DNA from: a virus
Taxonomy: Duplodnaviria; Caudoviricetes
Length of the DNA stretch: 53,703 nucleotides
Reading direction: 5' to 3' (one strand)
IMG/VR virus record: IMGVR_UViG_3300036719_001675
Location: 1-53,703 of that record
How positions within the stretch are numbered: position 1 is the first letter of the stretch; the number at the start of each line of letters is the position of its first letter. The position numbers and the translations under genes are program-made. The notes beneath the pieces were generated by a model, which made no database searches, was not told where the DNA came from, and was given only the letters and a program-made list of their open reading frames with translations. Shown here in pieces: positions 36,035 to 45,843 of the stretch.

Positions 36035-36322
36035 ATGCCTACTAAAGACCCTTTGATTGAAGCAATTTCACCTAAGACATTTTGGTTCGTTGTACTCCGC
36101 CCATTTAGCGGTGACAATTGCCGTTTTGTTCGTGGCGAAGTAGTTGACACTACCGAATGGCGCTCCCGTTCAACATTGCTTGAACACCGCTATATTGCCC
36201 CTCTGCCACACGGCGCTACCCTTCCGTCACCTGATGAAGATGGTCGCCGTATCATTGATCTAGACGAAGATCAGCAGGCAATCGTGCCAGAGAAAAAGCG
36301 CCCTATCCCCACAAGAAAGTAA
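36035..36322 (+). CDS. Hypothetical head-associated protein
   Basis: TGTGC-TACACT 7 nt upstream of ATG (leaderless); RGEVVD..W...LLEHRYI. Confidence 0.65.
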   Translation: MPTKDPLIEAISPKTFWFVVLRPFSGDNCRFVRGEVVDTTEWRSRSTLLEHRYIAPLPHGATLPSPDEDGRRIIDLDEDQQAIVPEKKRPIPTRK

Positions 36323-36384
36323 TAACACTTTCACATTTGGGTTTCATGCTCTAAAATAGGTGCAAGAATCTATTTGGAGTAGTT

Positions 36385-36834
36385 ATGACTTGGACATATT
36401 CTGGTAACCCATCGGCATCGGCTCTTGATGAAGTTCGTTTTCTTATTGGCGATACCGATACAACCGACCAATTACTTAGCAATGAAGAAATTAACTATCA
36501 AATTGCAGAGCAAATCACATTGCTTCGTATCTGTTCAGAATCTTGTTTTGCCATTGCCGCCAAGTTTGCTCGGTTGATGAACCGTAATATTGGTGGGCTT
36601 TCAGCAGACTTTTCGGCTAAGTACAACCAATACTACGAGATGGCTAATGCTTTCTTAGCCCGTGACATTCTTACTCCTGTTCGCCCATTCATTTCTGGAT
36701 ACAAAATTGCCCAGAAAGAAGCCGTTGAACTTGACACTGATCGTGAGACCACATTCAGCCGTAAGGGTATTATGGATAACCGCCGTACCTACCCAACCGA
36801 CGACTACACACAGCCTCAATATAGGAATACTTGA
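36385..36834 (+). CDS. Head-tail adaptor
   Basis: DEVRFLIGDTD..LLSNEEI motif; position. Confidence 0.8.
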   Translation: MTWTYSGNPSASALDEVRFLIGDTDTTDQLLSNEEINYQIAEQITLLRICSESCFAIAAKFARLMNRNIGGLSADFSAKYNQYYEMANAFLARDILTPVRPFISGYKIAQKEAVELDTDRETTFSRKGIMDNRRTYPTDDYTQPQYRNT

Positions 36835-37151
36835 TGGCTATTGACAAGCAGTTACTAAGTTTCTTCCCTCACACCGTAACTATTGCCCCATTTGTAGCAA
36901 AGAATAACTATGGGGAAGATTCTTACGGGACTCCTCGTACTGTTGCGGCGTATGTTGAACCAAACCGAACGCTTTCACAAACTGTAACTGTTAATGAAGA
37001 AACTTTTTCTAGAGTTGCTTATATTAACGACTTGACACTGACAGTTAGAGACAAAATCACCTTGTCAGATAGCACTGTTCCCGAAATTGCCAGTATAGAA
37101 ACCCATACATCAGTAGTTGGGCTAGAGCATAGTGTGGTTCGTTTCACATGA
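36834..37151 (+). CDS. Head-closure (stopper) protein
   Basis: HTVTI...NNYGE; position. Confidence 0.7.
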   Translation: MAIDKQLLSFFPHTVTIAPFVAKNNYGEDSYGTPRTVAAYVEPNRTLSQTVTVNEETFSRVAYINDLTLTVRDKITLSDSTVPEIASIETHTSVVGLEHSVVRFT

Positions 37152-37516
37152 AAGTAAATGCCAGCGTCAAAGTAACAAATAACTTTACTCAAGTTCGTAA
37201 TGCCACTACTAACGACTTGGCTAATGCTTTGTATATGTTCGCAGAAGAGGTAATGACCAACGCTAAAATTGCTTATGTGCCAGTTCAATCTGGTGCTCTG
37301 CGTCGTTCAGGGTTCGTTAATAAGCCCGTTAAAACGCCGACTAGAATAACTGTTGAAATAGGCTTCAATACGCCATACGCACTCAAGGTTCACGAATACC
37401 CTAAGTCGTATGGTCAAGGCAAAAACAAGTATCTGTCACAGCCTCTCAATAGAATGTCTACTAACATGAACATAAGACTTCGCCAATTAATGCGTAAGAG
37501 CATAGGAACACCGTAA
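37148..37516 (+). CDS. HK97 gp10-like neck protein
   Basis: VPVQSGALRRSG, TPYALKVHE, KYLSQP. Confidence 0.8.
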   Translation: MKVNASVKVTNNFTQVRNATTNDLANALYMFAEEVMTNAKIAYVPVQSGALRRSGFVNKPVKTPTRITVEIGFNTPYALKVHEYPKSYGQGKNKYLSQPLNRMSTNMNIRLRQLMRKSIGTP

Positions 37517-37914
37517 TGGGAATGTTAGACGATCTAGGCGCTTACCTAGACACGAATTCAGCACTTACTCTTGGCACTGACTTGTTCTTGGGTATTCTTC
37601 CCGAAACCCCATCAAATTGTGTTGCTCTATTTGAAAATAGTGGGGTATCCCCCGACTTCACACTAGGTGCGAATAATTTGCCAATTCTTGAGCGACCTGA
37701 ATTGCAAGTAATTGTGCGAAATGCTTCATATTCTACGGGTAATACCCTTGCCGATACTATTTACAGGGTATTCACTCAGATAACAAACCAATCCATCAAT
37801 TCAGTAAACTACCTGCGTATTCAGGCTATTGCTAATCCTTCCGTGATGGATAGAGACTCTAATCGCCGTGTGCTTTTCACCACTAATTTTCGTGTAATTA
37901 GGGTTACGCCATGA
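37516..37914 (+). CDS. Tail terminator/completion protein
   Basis: DLFLG.LP, PELQVIVR, RDSNRR..FTTNF. Confidence 0.78.
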   Translation: MGMLDDLGAYLDTNSALTLGTDLFLGILPETPSNCVALFENSGVSPDFTLGANNLPILERPELQVIVRNASYSTGNTLADTIYRVFTQITNQSINSVNYLRIQAIANPSVMDRDSNRRVLFTTNFRVIRVTP

Positions 37915-38054
37915 CCGACCCATACGCTGAGTCTGCTGGTCGTGATGAATCCCCACGATGTTGGCGCTGTAATCGCTTACTGGCAGAACTCTTAACTAGA
38001 CCTTGGGTTATTGTCTGCACAAGATGTAAAGCAAAGAATCAGCAAACCACTTGA
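37911..38054 (+). CDS. Mu Com-like zinc-finger regulator (47 aa, not in the ORF track)
   Basis: RCWRCNRLLAE...IVCTRCKAKN; ATGA coupling. Confidence 0.75.
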   Translation: MTDPYAESAGRDESPRCWRCNRLLAELLTRPWVIVCTRCKAKNQQTT

Positions 38055-38079
38055 ATCGTTCACTAAGTTACTGTATGCT
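38051..38079 (+). promoter_or_regulatory. Promoter of the tail operon
   Basis: TTGAAT-N17-TATGCT with TG extension. Confidence 0.6.
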
Positions 38080-38085
38080 TTGAGG

Positions 38086-38185
38086 ACAACCGAATCCATG
38101 CCCTAAGTGGCTTTGTAAGGCTCTTGCCGTGTCCTAGTGACCTTGCCCTATACAGTGCTTACTTGGGCATTGTCTAGGAGACAAG
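38086..38185 (+). promoter_or_regulatory. Structured 5' leader, candidate Com target
   Basis: ATGCCCTAAGT/ACTTGGGCAT pairing; TCCTAG can pair with CTAGGA over the SD; repeats CCTAAGTGGC and CCTAGTGACC. Confidence 0.45.
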
Positions 38186-38377
38186 ATGGCTACTTACAAA
38201 GTATTAAATGGAATTGATTATCCGCCCAACAAGAGGGCTGAAATTGGCGATGTTGTTTCTGATATTCCTTCAAGTTCTATCAAGTGGTTGCTTGAGCAGG
38301 GGATCATTGAAGTAGTTGAATCAGGTAGCAAGAAGAAATCAGCACCTGTTGAAGAAGAAGCAGGAGAAGAAGTCTAA
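38186..38377 (+). CDS. Small conserved tail-region protein
   Basis: AGGAG SD; GDVV.D.P...IKWLLEQGIIE. Confidence 0.75.
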   Translation: MATYKVLNGIDYPPNKRAEIGDVVSDIPSSSIKWLLEQGIIEVVESGSKKKSAPVEEEAGEEV

Positions 38378-39108
38378 TGGCTTTTATTCATGGTAAAGGC
38401 ACAGTGTTCTTGATGAACGCTTACAACCTCTCTTCATACCTAAACAATGCTTCGGTTTCGGCAAGCGTTGAAACTGCCGATGTAACTGCATTTGGTGCTT
38501 CCTCAAAGTCATACATTGTAGGTCTTCAAGACGCTACTGTATCTGCCTCTGGTATGTATGACGGTGCTACTGGTGCTATTGATGACGCTTTAACCGCAGG
38601 TATGGCTGGCTCTAACATTTTGTCAGTGTTTCCTGATGGTACTGCTGTCGGTAAATTTTGCCGTTTGGCAAGTGCTCACTTGACTTCATTTGATATCACT
38701 GCACCCGTTGGCGATGTAGTTGCCACAAGCGCCGAATATCAGGTTACTGGTGGCGTTGAACGAGGCGTTAGTCTTCAACTAATCACCACTGCAATTTCTG
38801 CTACTGGCAACGGAACAAGCGTTGACAATACCACTTCTTCAACTTCAACTGCTGGTGCTCTTGCTGTTGGTCATGTTCATGTTACGGCTAACACCCGTTC
38901 TGCTACTTTTGTTGTCAAGATTCAACACTCAACCGACAACACAACTTTTGCCGACTTGATTACTTTCACCACTGTCGGCATCGCTTCTACCACTTCACAG
39001 CGCAGTGAGGTGGCAGCGGGTACGACTATCAACCGATATATTCGTTCCCAATACACATTAAGCGCAGGAACTGGCTCGGCAACAATTGGTGTTGCTTTTG
39101 CCCGATAA
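38377..39108 (+). CDS. Tail tube paralog with C-terminal beta-sandwich extension
   Basis: N-terminal 130 aa align with the next gene (MAFIHGK, ETA..T.FG.SSKSYIVGL.D, APVGDVV, QVTG). Confidence 0.8.
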   Translation: MAFIHGKGTVFLMNAYNLSSYLNNASVSASVETADVTAFGASSKSYIVGLQDATVSASGMYDGATGAIDDALTAGMAGSNILSVFPDGTAVGKFCRLASAHLTSFDITAPVGDVVATSAEYQVTGGVERGVSLQLITTAISATGNGTSVDNTTSSTSTAGALAVGHVHVTANTRSATFVVKIQHSTDNTTFADLITFTTVGIASTTSQRSEVAAGTTINRYIRSQYTLSAGTGSATIGVAFAR

Positions 39109-39121
39109 ATAGGAGACCATT

Positions 39122-39532
39122 ATGGCTTTTGTACATGGAAAATCAGCAGACTTCCGCCTAGATAACGCAGGTGGTACTCTCACGGACATTTCGTCTTATC
39201 TAGACAATGTGTCATTCCCACAACCGATTGAAACGGCAGAGACAACCACTTTTGGTTCGTCAAGTAAGTCGTACATTGTGGGTCTTAAGGATTCAAGCAT
39301 CTCGTTGTCAGGTAAGTGGGATTCCACTGTTGACGCACATATTGCGGCAGTCCTTGGTCAAGCAGCAAGCCTCTCATTTCAGTACGGTCCTGCTGGCACA
39401 ACTGTCAGCAACATCAAATACACTGGCGAGTGCTATGCGACCTCTTACGATGTCAGCGCACCAGTCGGTGATGTGGTAACCTTCAGTCTTGAGTTACAAG
39501 TCACGGGTGCAGTTACCCGCGGCACATACTGA
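39122..39532 (+). CDS. Major tail tube protein
   Basis: MAFVHGK...ETTTFG...LQVTGAVTRGTY; precedes the tail chaperone. Confidence 0.85.
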   Translation: MAFVHGKSADFRLDNAGGTLTDISSYLDNVSFPQPIETAETTTFGSSSKSYIVGLKDSSISLSGKWDSTVDAHIAAVLGQAASLSFQYGPAGTTVSNIKYTGECYATSYDVSAPVGDVVTFSLELQVTGAVTRGTY

Positions 39533-39564
39533 TTAAAACAACCAAATAGAAAAGAGAGTGTCCC

Positions 39565-39915
39565 ATGTCCCTTCGTGACCGAATCTTTGCCGCTGATGAT
39601 ATTGGCAAAGAAATCATTTCAGTTCCTCAGTGGAATCTTGATGTTGAAGTACGCACAATGTCTGCCGTTAAGCGCAGTCAAATGCTCGCTAAAGCAACAC
39701 TTCCCGATGGTGGTATTGATCTAGACAAACTGTACCCAATGCTGATTATTGCTACTGTTTTTGACCCTGAGACTGGCGCTTCCGTATTTGACATGGAAGA
39801 CATGGCAATGCTTCAGGAAAAATCAGCAGCAGCAATTGAGTTTCTTGCACAGAAGGCAATGAAAATGTCTGGCATGGTTACTAACGCTGTTGACGACGAG
39901 GGAAAAGGCAACTAG
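39565..39915 (+). CDS. Tail assembly chaperone (G)
   Basis: VPQWNLDVEVR; ends at slippery site GGGAAAA. Confidence 0.85.
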   Translation: MSLRDRIFAADDIGKEIISVPQWNLDVEVRTMSAVKRSQMLAKATLPDGGIDLDKLYPMLIIATVFDPETGASVFDMEDMAMLQEKSAAAIEFLAQKAMKMSGMVTNAVDDEGKGN

Positions 39916-40091
39916 AAGACCCACAGTACCGATACTACTTTCACCTTGCTGAAAGGCTCGGCAGAACCGTTGAAGAATTGCTTTTCGGTTCTGCCAGTCA
40001 CAAACCTTTAAGTTCAGATGAGTTTATAGGTTGGCTTTCACATGACAAGTTAACGGCTTGGGAACACGAGCAGGCAAGAAGAAGGAAGTAG
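39900..40091 (+). CDS. -1 frameshift extension of the tail chaperone (GT)
   Basis: G GGA AAA at 39900-39906; the -1 frame reads RQLEDPQYRYYFHLAERLGRTVEELL...W...RRRK* up to the tape measure gene. Confidence 0.85.
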   Translation, partial: GKRQLEDPQYRYYFHLAERLGRTVEELLFGSASHKPLSSDEFIGWLSHDKLTAWEHEQARRRK

Positions 40092-40098
40092 GAAGAAA

Positions 40099-43000
40099 AT
40101 GGCATCATTAGAAGTTGGCTCAATTTCAGCAACACTTGGTGCGAATGTTTCCCAATTCCTTTCGGGTATGCGTCAAGCGCAAACCTCATTCAACGGCGTT
40201 GTAGGTAGTGTTCAAAATGGTTCTAAAGCCATTGCTACCAGTAGTCAGCAGGCTACTGCCTCACTAGACACTATTGCAGTTGGCGTTAAGAAACTTCAAT
40301 CAACTGTCGCTAGAAGCATGGCTGCTATTGGCGCTACGATGATTCTCCCATCTATTTTCAATGCCGCTAGAACTGCAATCGTTGACTTTAACCAACAGTT
40401 AGATCAATCACGCATTGCTTTTACTCACTTTGCAGGTAGTGCAGAAAACGCAGAAAAACTTCTAGGAAAATTGCAGGACTTTGCCGCTCGTACTCCATTC
40501 AACTTCAAGGACTTGCTAGGAACTACCCAGCAAATGATGGCAATGGGTGTTGAGGCAAAAGATTTGCTACCACGCTTGACCGCTATCGGTGACGCTGCCG
40601 CAGGTCTTGGTGGATCACCAGAGATATTGCAAAGAATTCAACGGGCATTGGGTCAAATTCAGGCTAAAGGTCGTGTTCAGTCTGAAGAGTTAATGCAGTT
40701 GGCAGAAGTAGGCGTTCCTGCTTACCAATACATGGCAGATGTTATTGGAGGAACGATTCCGCAGGCTTTGAACATGATGAAGAAGGGTGAGATTGACGCT
40801 GCTACTGCCGTTACAGGAATATTAGATGGTCTTGCTAAAGACTTCGGCGGAATGATGGATGCTCAAAGTAAGACAATGATGGGGGCATTGTCAACGGTTC
40901 AAGACTTCGTTCAAATGACAGTTGCCGAAATTGGTAGACCTATTTTTGATGCTCTTCGTGAAACAATGTTAAAAGTTGCAGACTTCTTGTCTTCTAAAGA
41001 GATGCAGGAAGGTGCAGCCAATCTTGCTAAGAACATTTCAAATGGAATGAAACAAGCAGGTGAGGTAATTGGCAAGTTCCTTAAGGTTGTCGGACCAACA
41101 CTTGAAAGCCTTGTTGGGAATATGTACGACCTCGCCCGTGCTATTGGCAACGGAATAGGTGCTTCAAAGCCTTTCCTCCTTGCAGTTGCTGGTGCATTTA
41201 TGGCTGTAGTCGGCGCTGTCAAAATAGTTAGCATAGCGTTGTCTCCGATATTGAAACTGTTTGCAGAAAATAAAACGCTTGCTCAGGCTCTTGTGGTTGT
41301 CTTAGGCGTTCTAGCAATTAAACAAAAATTCTTTGGCACTACCACAGAAGGCGTAGCAAAAGCAGGCACTGCTCTTATGACTAGCCTAAGAGGTGTTGTT
41401 TCAGGTATCAGAGACACTATCGCTTATCAGCAAAAATTAGCCAATGGATACGGTGCTAATTTGACTGCTATGCAGGCTCTCCGTATGGGTACTGTTGCTG
41501 GCTTCAAGGCTATGGGTGCTGCTGTCAAATCTTTCGCAGCGTCATTACTACCATTACTCGCATTAATAGTTGCTATTGAATTAGTTATGAAGGCGTTTGA
41601 GGCATATGGTGCTAAACAGCGTGTTACTGATGAACGCACTAAAGAACTAACACAATCAATCAAAGACCAAACAATTGCTCTACTTGAAAACAAAGAAGCA
41701 TTAACAGCAGGCGCTGACGGTTCTGACATTCTTTCTGAAGCATTGTTTAAGTCTGGTGAAGAGTCAGATAAACTTGTTCGTGCATTTGGTGCGCTAGGTA
41801 AAACAGCGTCAATGGAAGAAATTAAGTCTGCGGCACAAAACTTTGAAGAGTACGCTAAGAAAACGCTTATTGCTAAGGGTGCTACTGAAGCACAAGCCAT
41901 AGCAATGGCAAATTACATTAACTCAACAGACGACAATAACTTTAAGAATCTTGAAAATTCTGTTTTCAATTGGAATGGCTCTTTAAGAACTGTTGCTGAA
42001 TCGCTTGAAATTGTTCAAGATAACCTTGAAAATATTGACTTTGCAAAGATGGCGGAAGAGCAAGGGCAAGCGCTGGTTGGTTCAGGCAAGTTGACTGCGG
42101 CTCAACTTCTTCAAGCGCAGGCTATGACTGAAGCCATGCCCGGTTACAAAGAAATGAGTGATGATATTAAGGGCATTGCTTTGAACCAAAACATTTTGAA
42201 AGTAGCAACAGACGCTGCTCGCGGTGCTATAGAAGCAGAAGCACTTGCTGGTGCTCAATTGGAATATGTTCAGTCTCGTATTGCCGCTGAAACTGAAGGT
42301 GCAAATGTTCCGTTAACTGACGCTGTATCAATTCTTCATTCTATGTACGACACTACAAAGGGAGCCGCCGCTTCACTTGAAGACTTTACGGCAGCAATGA
42401 ATGGTGCTTCCAATGGTCTCATTCAATGGAATAGGTTCTTAAGTGGTTTCAATAAAAAAATGGAAGATATGTTTGATACCATTGTTTTTGGCGAAAAGTC
42501 ATTTCAAAATCTCCAACTTGCTTCTTATGACTTAAGCGATGGCATTGCAGAAATGATATATAACGCTGATGCTCTTGGAATGTCACAATCAGATGTTACT
42601 TCAAGAACTATGCAAATGGTTAGTGAATTTAAGGGAGCAGCGGCTCAGGCTGGCTACACAACAGAACAAATTAACGGTCTTGTTGCGAGTTTAGGTATTC
42701 TTGACAATCTTGCGCCTGAAATTCAAATTGCTTTGAAATTGAACATAGAGCAAATACAAGCACAAATTAAAGTTATTAAAGATGCTATTGCCTCTTATAC
42801 GGGTGGCAATGTTCAGTATGTTAAAAAAATGCTAGATGAAATGCGCCCGCTACAAAAAATGTTAGATGCTCTAAACGCTGTCAAGCCAAGAACTGAAAAA
42901 AGTAGTGGTGGTGGCTCTAAATCTGACGATCCTTTTGCTTGGGTTAAAGATTGGATTGAAAGTATCAAAGAGTTTGCTTCGGCATACACTTCGCAAGATT

Positions 43001-43845
43001 GGGCAGAATCACTGTTTGTTTCTTCACCACAAGAAATTGCAGACGCTATCGCAACACTTCTTGATGAAGCACAACAACTTGCTCTTACACAAGTTGCCGA
43101 TTCTGCCCCATTTTTCAATGCAATTAAGGCGTTAGGCGAACAGATTATTGGAGTAGCAGAAGATCGTGATAGAGTTTCAGCACGACTAGATGAAGCAAAC
43201 GAAAACCTAGCCAATTCTATCTCTGCTAGAGATTCATTAAAGCAGGGTGTTGCTGACAATATTCGTAGCATGGCTCAACTCAACATTAACGACTTCACTA
43301 CGCCAGATGTTATTAAGTCAAAACTTGCTAATGCTATTGATGCGGCTAAAAAGTTCAAGGGTGTGCTTGAGCGATTGCAAAATGCTGGATTCCCACCGTT
43401 CTTAATTCAGCAAGTGATCGCTGGCGGTCCTATTGATGGTACTAATTTTGGCGAGATGCTTTTGAAATCTAGCCCTGATGATATTGCTACTTACAAAAAC
43501 TTGGGTTCACAACTTGAAGAGTCAGCACAAAGCGCTGGTTCTATCGCTGGCGACATTATGTTTGGTGGAGACATTAAATTCTTCCAAGATCAGGTAAACA
43601 TTCTTGTTCCTGCATTGAACGACTTGAACACAACTCTTGCCAATTTGATCTACCAACTTCAGCAAAATGTTGCTGGTGGTGCTGGTGCTGTTGGCGTAAC
43701 TGCTACTGCTCCTGTTCAAATTACTATTAATGCTGGTGTTGGTGCAAACGGTCCAGAATTGGGTCAGTTGGTTGTCACTGCATTGCAGGATTATCAGCGT
43801 AGAGTTGGTGCAATCCCTATTCGTACAACGGCAACGGTGCGATAA
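40099..43845 (+). CDS. Tape measure protein
   Basis: 1248 aa, Ala-rich and helical; FAARTPF, IGDAAAG, ALGQIQAKG..EELMQL. Confidence 0.95.
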   Translation: MASLEVGSISATLGANVSQFLSGMRQAQTSFNGVVGSVQNGSKAIATSSQQATASLDTIAVGVKKLQSTVARSMAAIGATMILPSIFNAARTAIVDFNQQLDQSRIAFTHFAGSAENAEKLLGKLQDFAARTPFNFKDLLGTTQQMMAMGVEAKDLLPRLTAIGDAAAGLGGSPEILQRIQRALGQIQAKGRVQSEELMQLAEVGVPAYQYMADVIGGTIPQALNMMKKGEIDAATAVTGILDGLAKDFGGMMDAQSKTMMGALSTVQDFVQMTVAEIGRPIFDALRETMLKVADFLSSKEMQEGAANLAKNISNGMKQAGEVIGKFLKVVGPTLESLVGNMYDLARAIGNGIGASKPFLLAVAGAFMAVVGAVKIVSIALSPILKLFAENKTLAQALVVVLGVLAIKQKFFGTTTEGVAKAGTALMTSLRGVVSGIRDTIAYQQKLANGYGANLTAMQALRMGTVAGFKAMGAAVKSFAASLLPLLALIVAIELVMKAFEAYGAKQRVTDERTKELTQSIKDQTIALLENKEALTAGADGSDILSEALFKSGEESDKLVRAFGALGKTASMEEIKSAAQNFEEYAKKTLIAKGATEAQAIAMANYINSTDDNNFKNLENSVFNWNGSLRTVAESLEIVQDNLENIDFAKMAEEQGQALVGSGKLTAAQLLQAQAMTEAMPGYKEMSDDIKGIALNQNILKVATDAARGAIEAEALAGAQLEYVQSRIAAETEGANVPLTDAVSILHSMYDTTKGAAASLEDFTAAMNGASNGLIQWNRFLSGFNKKMEDMFDTIVFGEKSFQNLQLASYDLSDGIAEMIYNADALGMSQSDVTSRTMQMVSEFKGAAAQAGYTTEQINGLVASLGILDNLAPEIQIALKLNIEQIQAQIKVIKDAIASYTGGNVQYVKKMLDEMRPLQKMLDALNAVKPRTEKSSGGGSKSDDPFAWVKDWIESIKEFASAYTSQDWAESLFVSSPQEIADAIATLLDEAQQLALTQVADSAPFFNAIKALGEQIIGVAEDRDRVSARLDEANENLANSISARDSLKQGVADNIRSMAQLNINDFTTPDVIKSKLANAIDAAKKFKGVLERLQNAGFPPFLIQQVIAGGPIDGTNFGEMLLKSSPDDIATYKNLGSQLEESAQSAGSIAGDIMFGGDIKFFQDQVNILVPALNDLNTTLANLIYQLQQNVAGGAGAVGVTATAPVQITINAGVGANGPELGQLVVTALQDYQRRVGAIPIRTTATVR

Positions 43846-45257
43846 TGCCTCTTACAACCACTTGGTCTTTTAAGTTCGGAAATGTAAGTTCAACTACAGA
43901 CTTAACTTCCCGTGTCTTAAAAATTGACATAAACCAGCGAGCACCAGTTGGTCAATTCGGTGTAGGTTCAGCAACTATTACACTTCAGAATAACGACGGT
44001 GCTTTTACACCTAGAGGTGGTGGCACTTATTCAACAACTGACTGGTTCACCAAAGCAGTTTTTATTGACGCTACTATCCCCACAAACTTTGCTACCTCAG
44101 GAGTATTTGCAACAGGAACAGCAGGTGTTTTTCACGGATTCATAACTAACTTCACCTTAGAAGACAACGGTTTGACCTCTACTGTTACATTTACTTGTCA
44201 AGACGCTATGTCGTGTTTTGCAAAAAACTTTGTCTCTTCTTTTACCACAGCGTCTTCAACTACTGAGTTCATAGTTAACACTGCATTGAATTTGATTAAT
44301 GGTTCGGCTAACGCATGGAACGCAGCAACTCCTACTCCTAAAGTGGTATTTCCCGATCTTGGTTTAGGTGACACACCTAATCACTGTTTTTTGAATGACA
44401 TGAGTTACGCCAATACATCAGGAAATTATGCAGGGCAACAAAGAAGCACATATTCAAATGGCATTACATTCTCTTCGTGTTCTTCAATGGATATTTTGAA
44501 CACAGCGATTATGCCAATGAATATGTTTACCATGTGGGGAGGCACAATGAGATTAGACCCTACTTTTGGATATGCTGGGTATCAAGTTAACTATCTCCCA
44601 GGTCTTAAAAGAACTTATTCTGTCTTCACTGGTCCAGGAGGTTCAGTGGTAGGAAATACGGCAGTATTCAAATTCAATGATATAAAATCTATTAACTCTT
44701 CAAGTTTCCCATTTAACGATTTAAGTATTGAATACAATGTTCCTGATACTATTAATCAATCAACAATTGGAAGAGCAACAAGCGCAACAACACCGCAAAC
44801 TTTTACAAATACAACTCAACAAATTGCATATGGAAATCGTTCTATATCTAATTCTAATGTTGCCACAATTTCCGATGCAACTGCATTGACTCTAGCAACA
44901 GAATACGCAACTAGATATGCAGTTGCTAGATTTTCTCCTAACCAAATAACATTTTCATCAAAACAAATTTTGAATTATGCGACAGACAATGCCGCCAATC
45001 AGCAACTATTGTTTAGTTTATATACAATTACTCACGGTTTATGGCAAAGAACAGAAATAACATGGACAGGTAAAGGTGTTCCTGCTCAAACTTATGCCAC
45101 TAAAATTCGTGGAAGGCAAATTAGTATTACTCCTACTGATGCTGTCTTTACTTTAGAATTAGTTCCCGCAGTTGATAATTCTACATTTATTGTTGGTAGT
45201 GATACTATTGTTAACTCTTCAAATGAAGACAAACTAGGGGTTAGGACAATACAATAA
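43845..45257 (+). CDS. Minor tail protein (distal tail/hub-like)
   Basis: DLTSRV, G.ATITLQNNDGAFTP; follows the TMP. Confidence 0.75.
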   Translation: MPLTTTWSFKFGNVSSTTDLTSRVLKIDINQRAPVGQFGVGSATITLQNNDGAFTPRGGGTYSTTDWFTKAVFIDATIPTNFATSGVFATGTAGVFHGFITNFTLEDNGLTSTVTFTCQDAMSCFAKNFVSSFTTASSTTEFIVNTALNLINGSANAWNAATPTPKVVFPDLGLGDTPNHCFLNDMSYANTSGNYAGQQRSTYSNGITFSSCSSMDILNTAIMPMNMFTMWGGTMRLDPTFGYAGYQVNYLPGLKRTYSVFTGPGGSVVGNTAVFKFNDIKSINSSSFPFNDLSIEYNVPDTINQSTIGRATSATTPQTFTNTTQQIAYGNRSISNSNVATISDATALTLATEYATRYAVARFSPNQITFSSKQILNYATDNAANQQLLFSLYTITHGLWQRTEITWTGKGVPAQTYATKIRGRQISITPTDAVFTLELVPAVDNSTFIVGSDTIVNSSNEDKLGVRTIQ

Positions 45258-45841
45258 TGCCGATTAAAACATTTTTTTTACATGATCCTCTGTCATCGTC
45301 AGACATTAATACTTACTGCTACAACAATGGCTTGAAGTATGTAACTCATTATATTCCACCAGATTCAAATGGATTTAGAGTGTTTGGCTGTTTCACCAGT
45401 GAATTTGACGCATATCGTATTGTTTTCAACAGAATTTTTTCTTACGACCCGTCTGTTACTCCCACTTGCAGTATGAACTTAGTGACAGGAACAAACACTG
45501 TATACAGTGGTGCGGCTTATTACAGTGCAGGAGTCGCTACTACTCCTGCTAGTGTGGCTGTCACTAAATTTGCTAATGCTACGACTTCTTGGGATATGAC
45601 AAGAACATCTATAAACGGTTCAAGAAATTCGGGTGGAGTAATAGATATTCTTGTTAGGTCTACTTCTAGTCAACCTTCATATAGTGCAATGATGGTTGAC
45701 GCTAGTAGCACTTCCAACATTAGAGCATGGTCGCAAAGTGGTTTCATTCAAAATAACGCTGTATATACAGGCTTCACACTTACTCACCCTACTATAGCGC
45801 TTTTTGGTGAAGTGTATGTTTATGGATACAGGAAAGCATAG
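45257..45841 (+). CDS. Minor tail/receptor-binding-like protein, paralog 1
   Basis: MPIKTF..DINT..CFTSEFDAYRIV..VYVYGYRK. Confidence 0.7.
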   Translation: MPIKTFFLHDPLSSSDINTYCYNNGLKYVTHYIPPDSNGFRVFGCFTSEFDAYRIVFNRIFSYDPSVTPTCSMNLVTGTNTVYSGAAYYSAGVATTPASVAVTKFANATTSWDMTRTSINGSRNSGGVIDILVRSTSSQPSYSAMMVDASSTSNIRAWSQSGFIQNNAVYTGFTLTHPTIALFGEVYVYGYRKA

Positions 45842-45843
45842 CA

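Noticed and set aside
40911-43719. Several antisense ORFs within the tape measure gene
   Set aside because: Same-register antisense artefacts with no recognisable motifs; the same applies to most nested ORFs in the track
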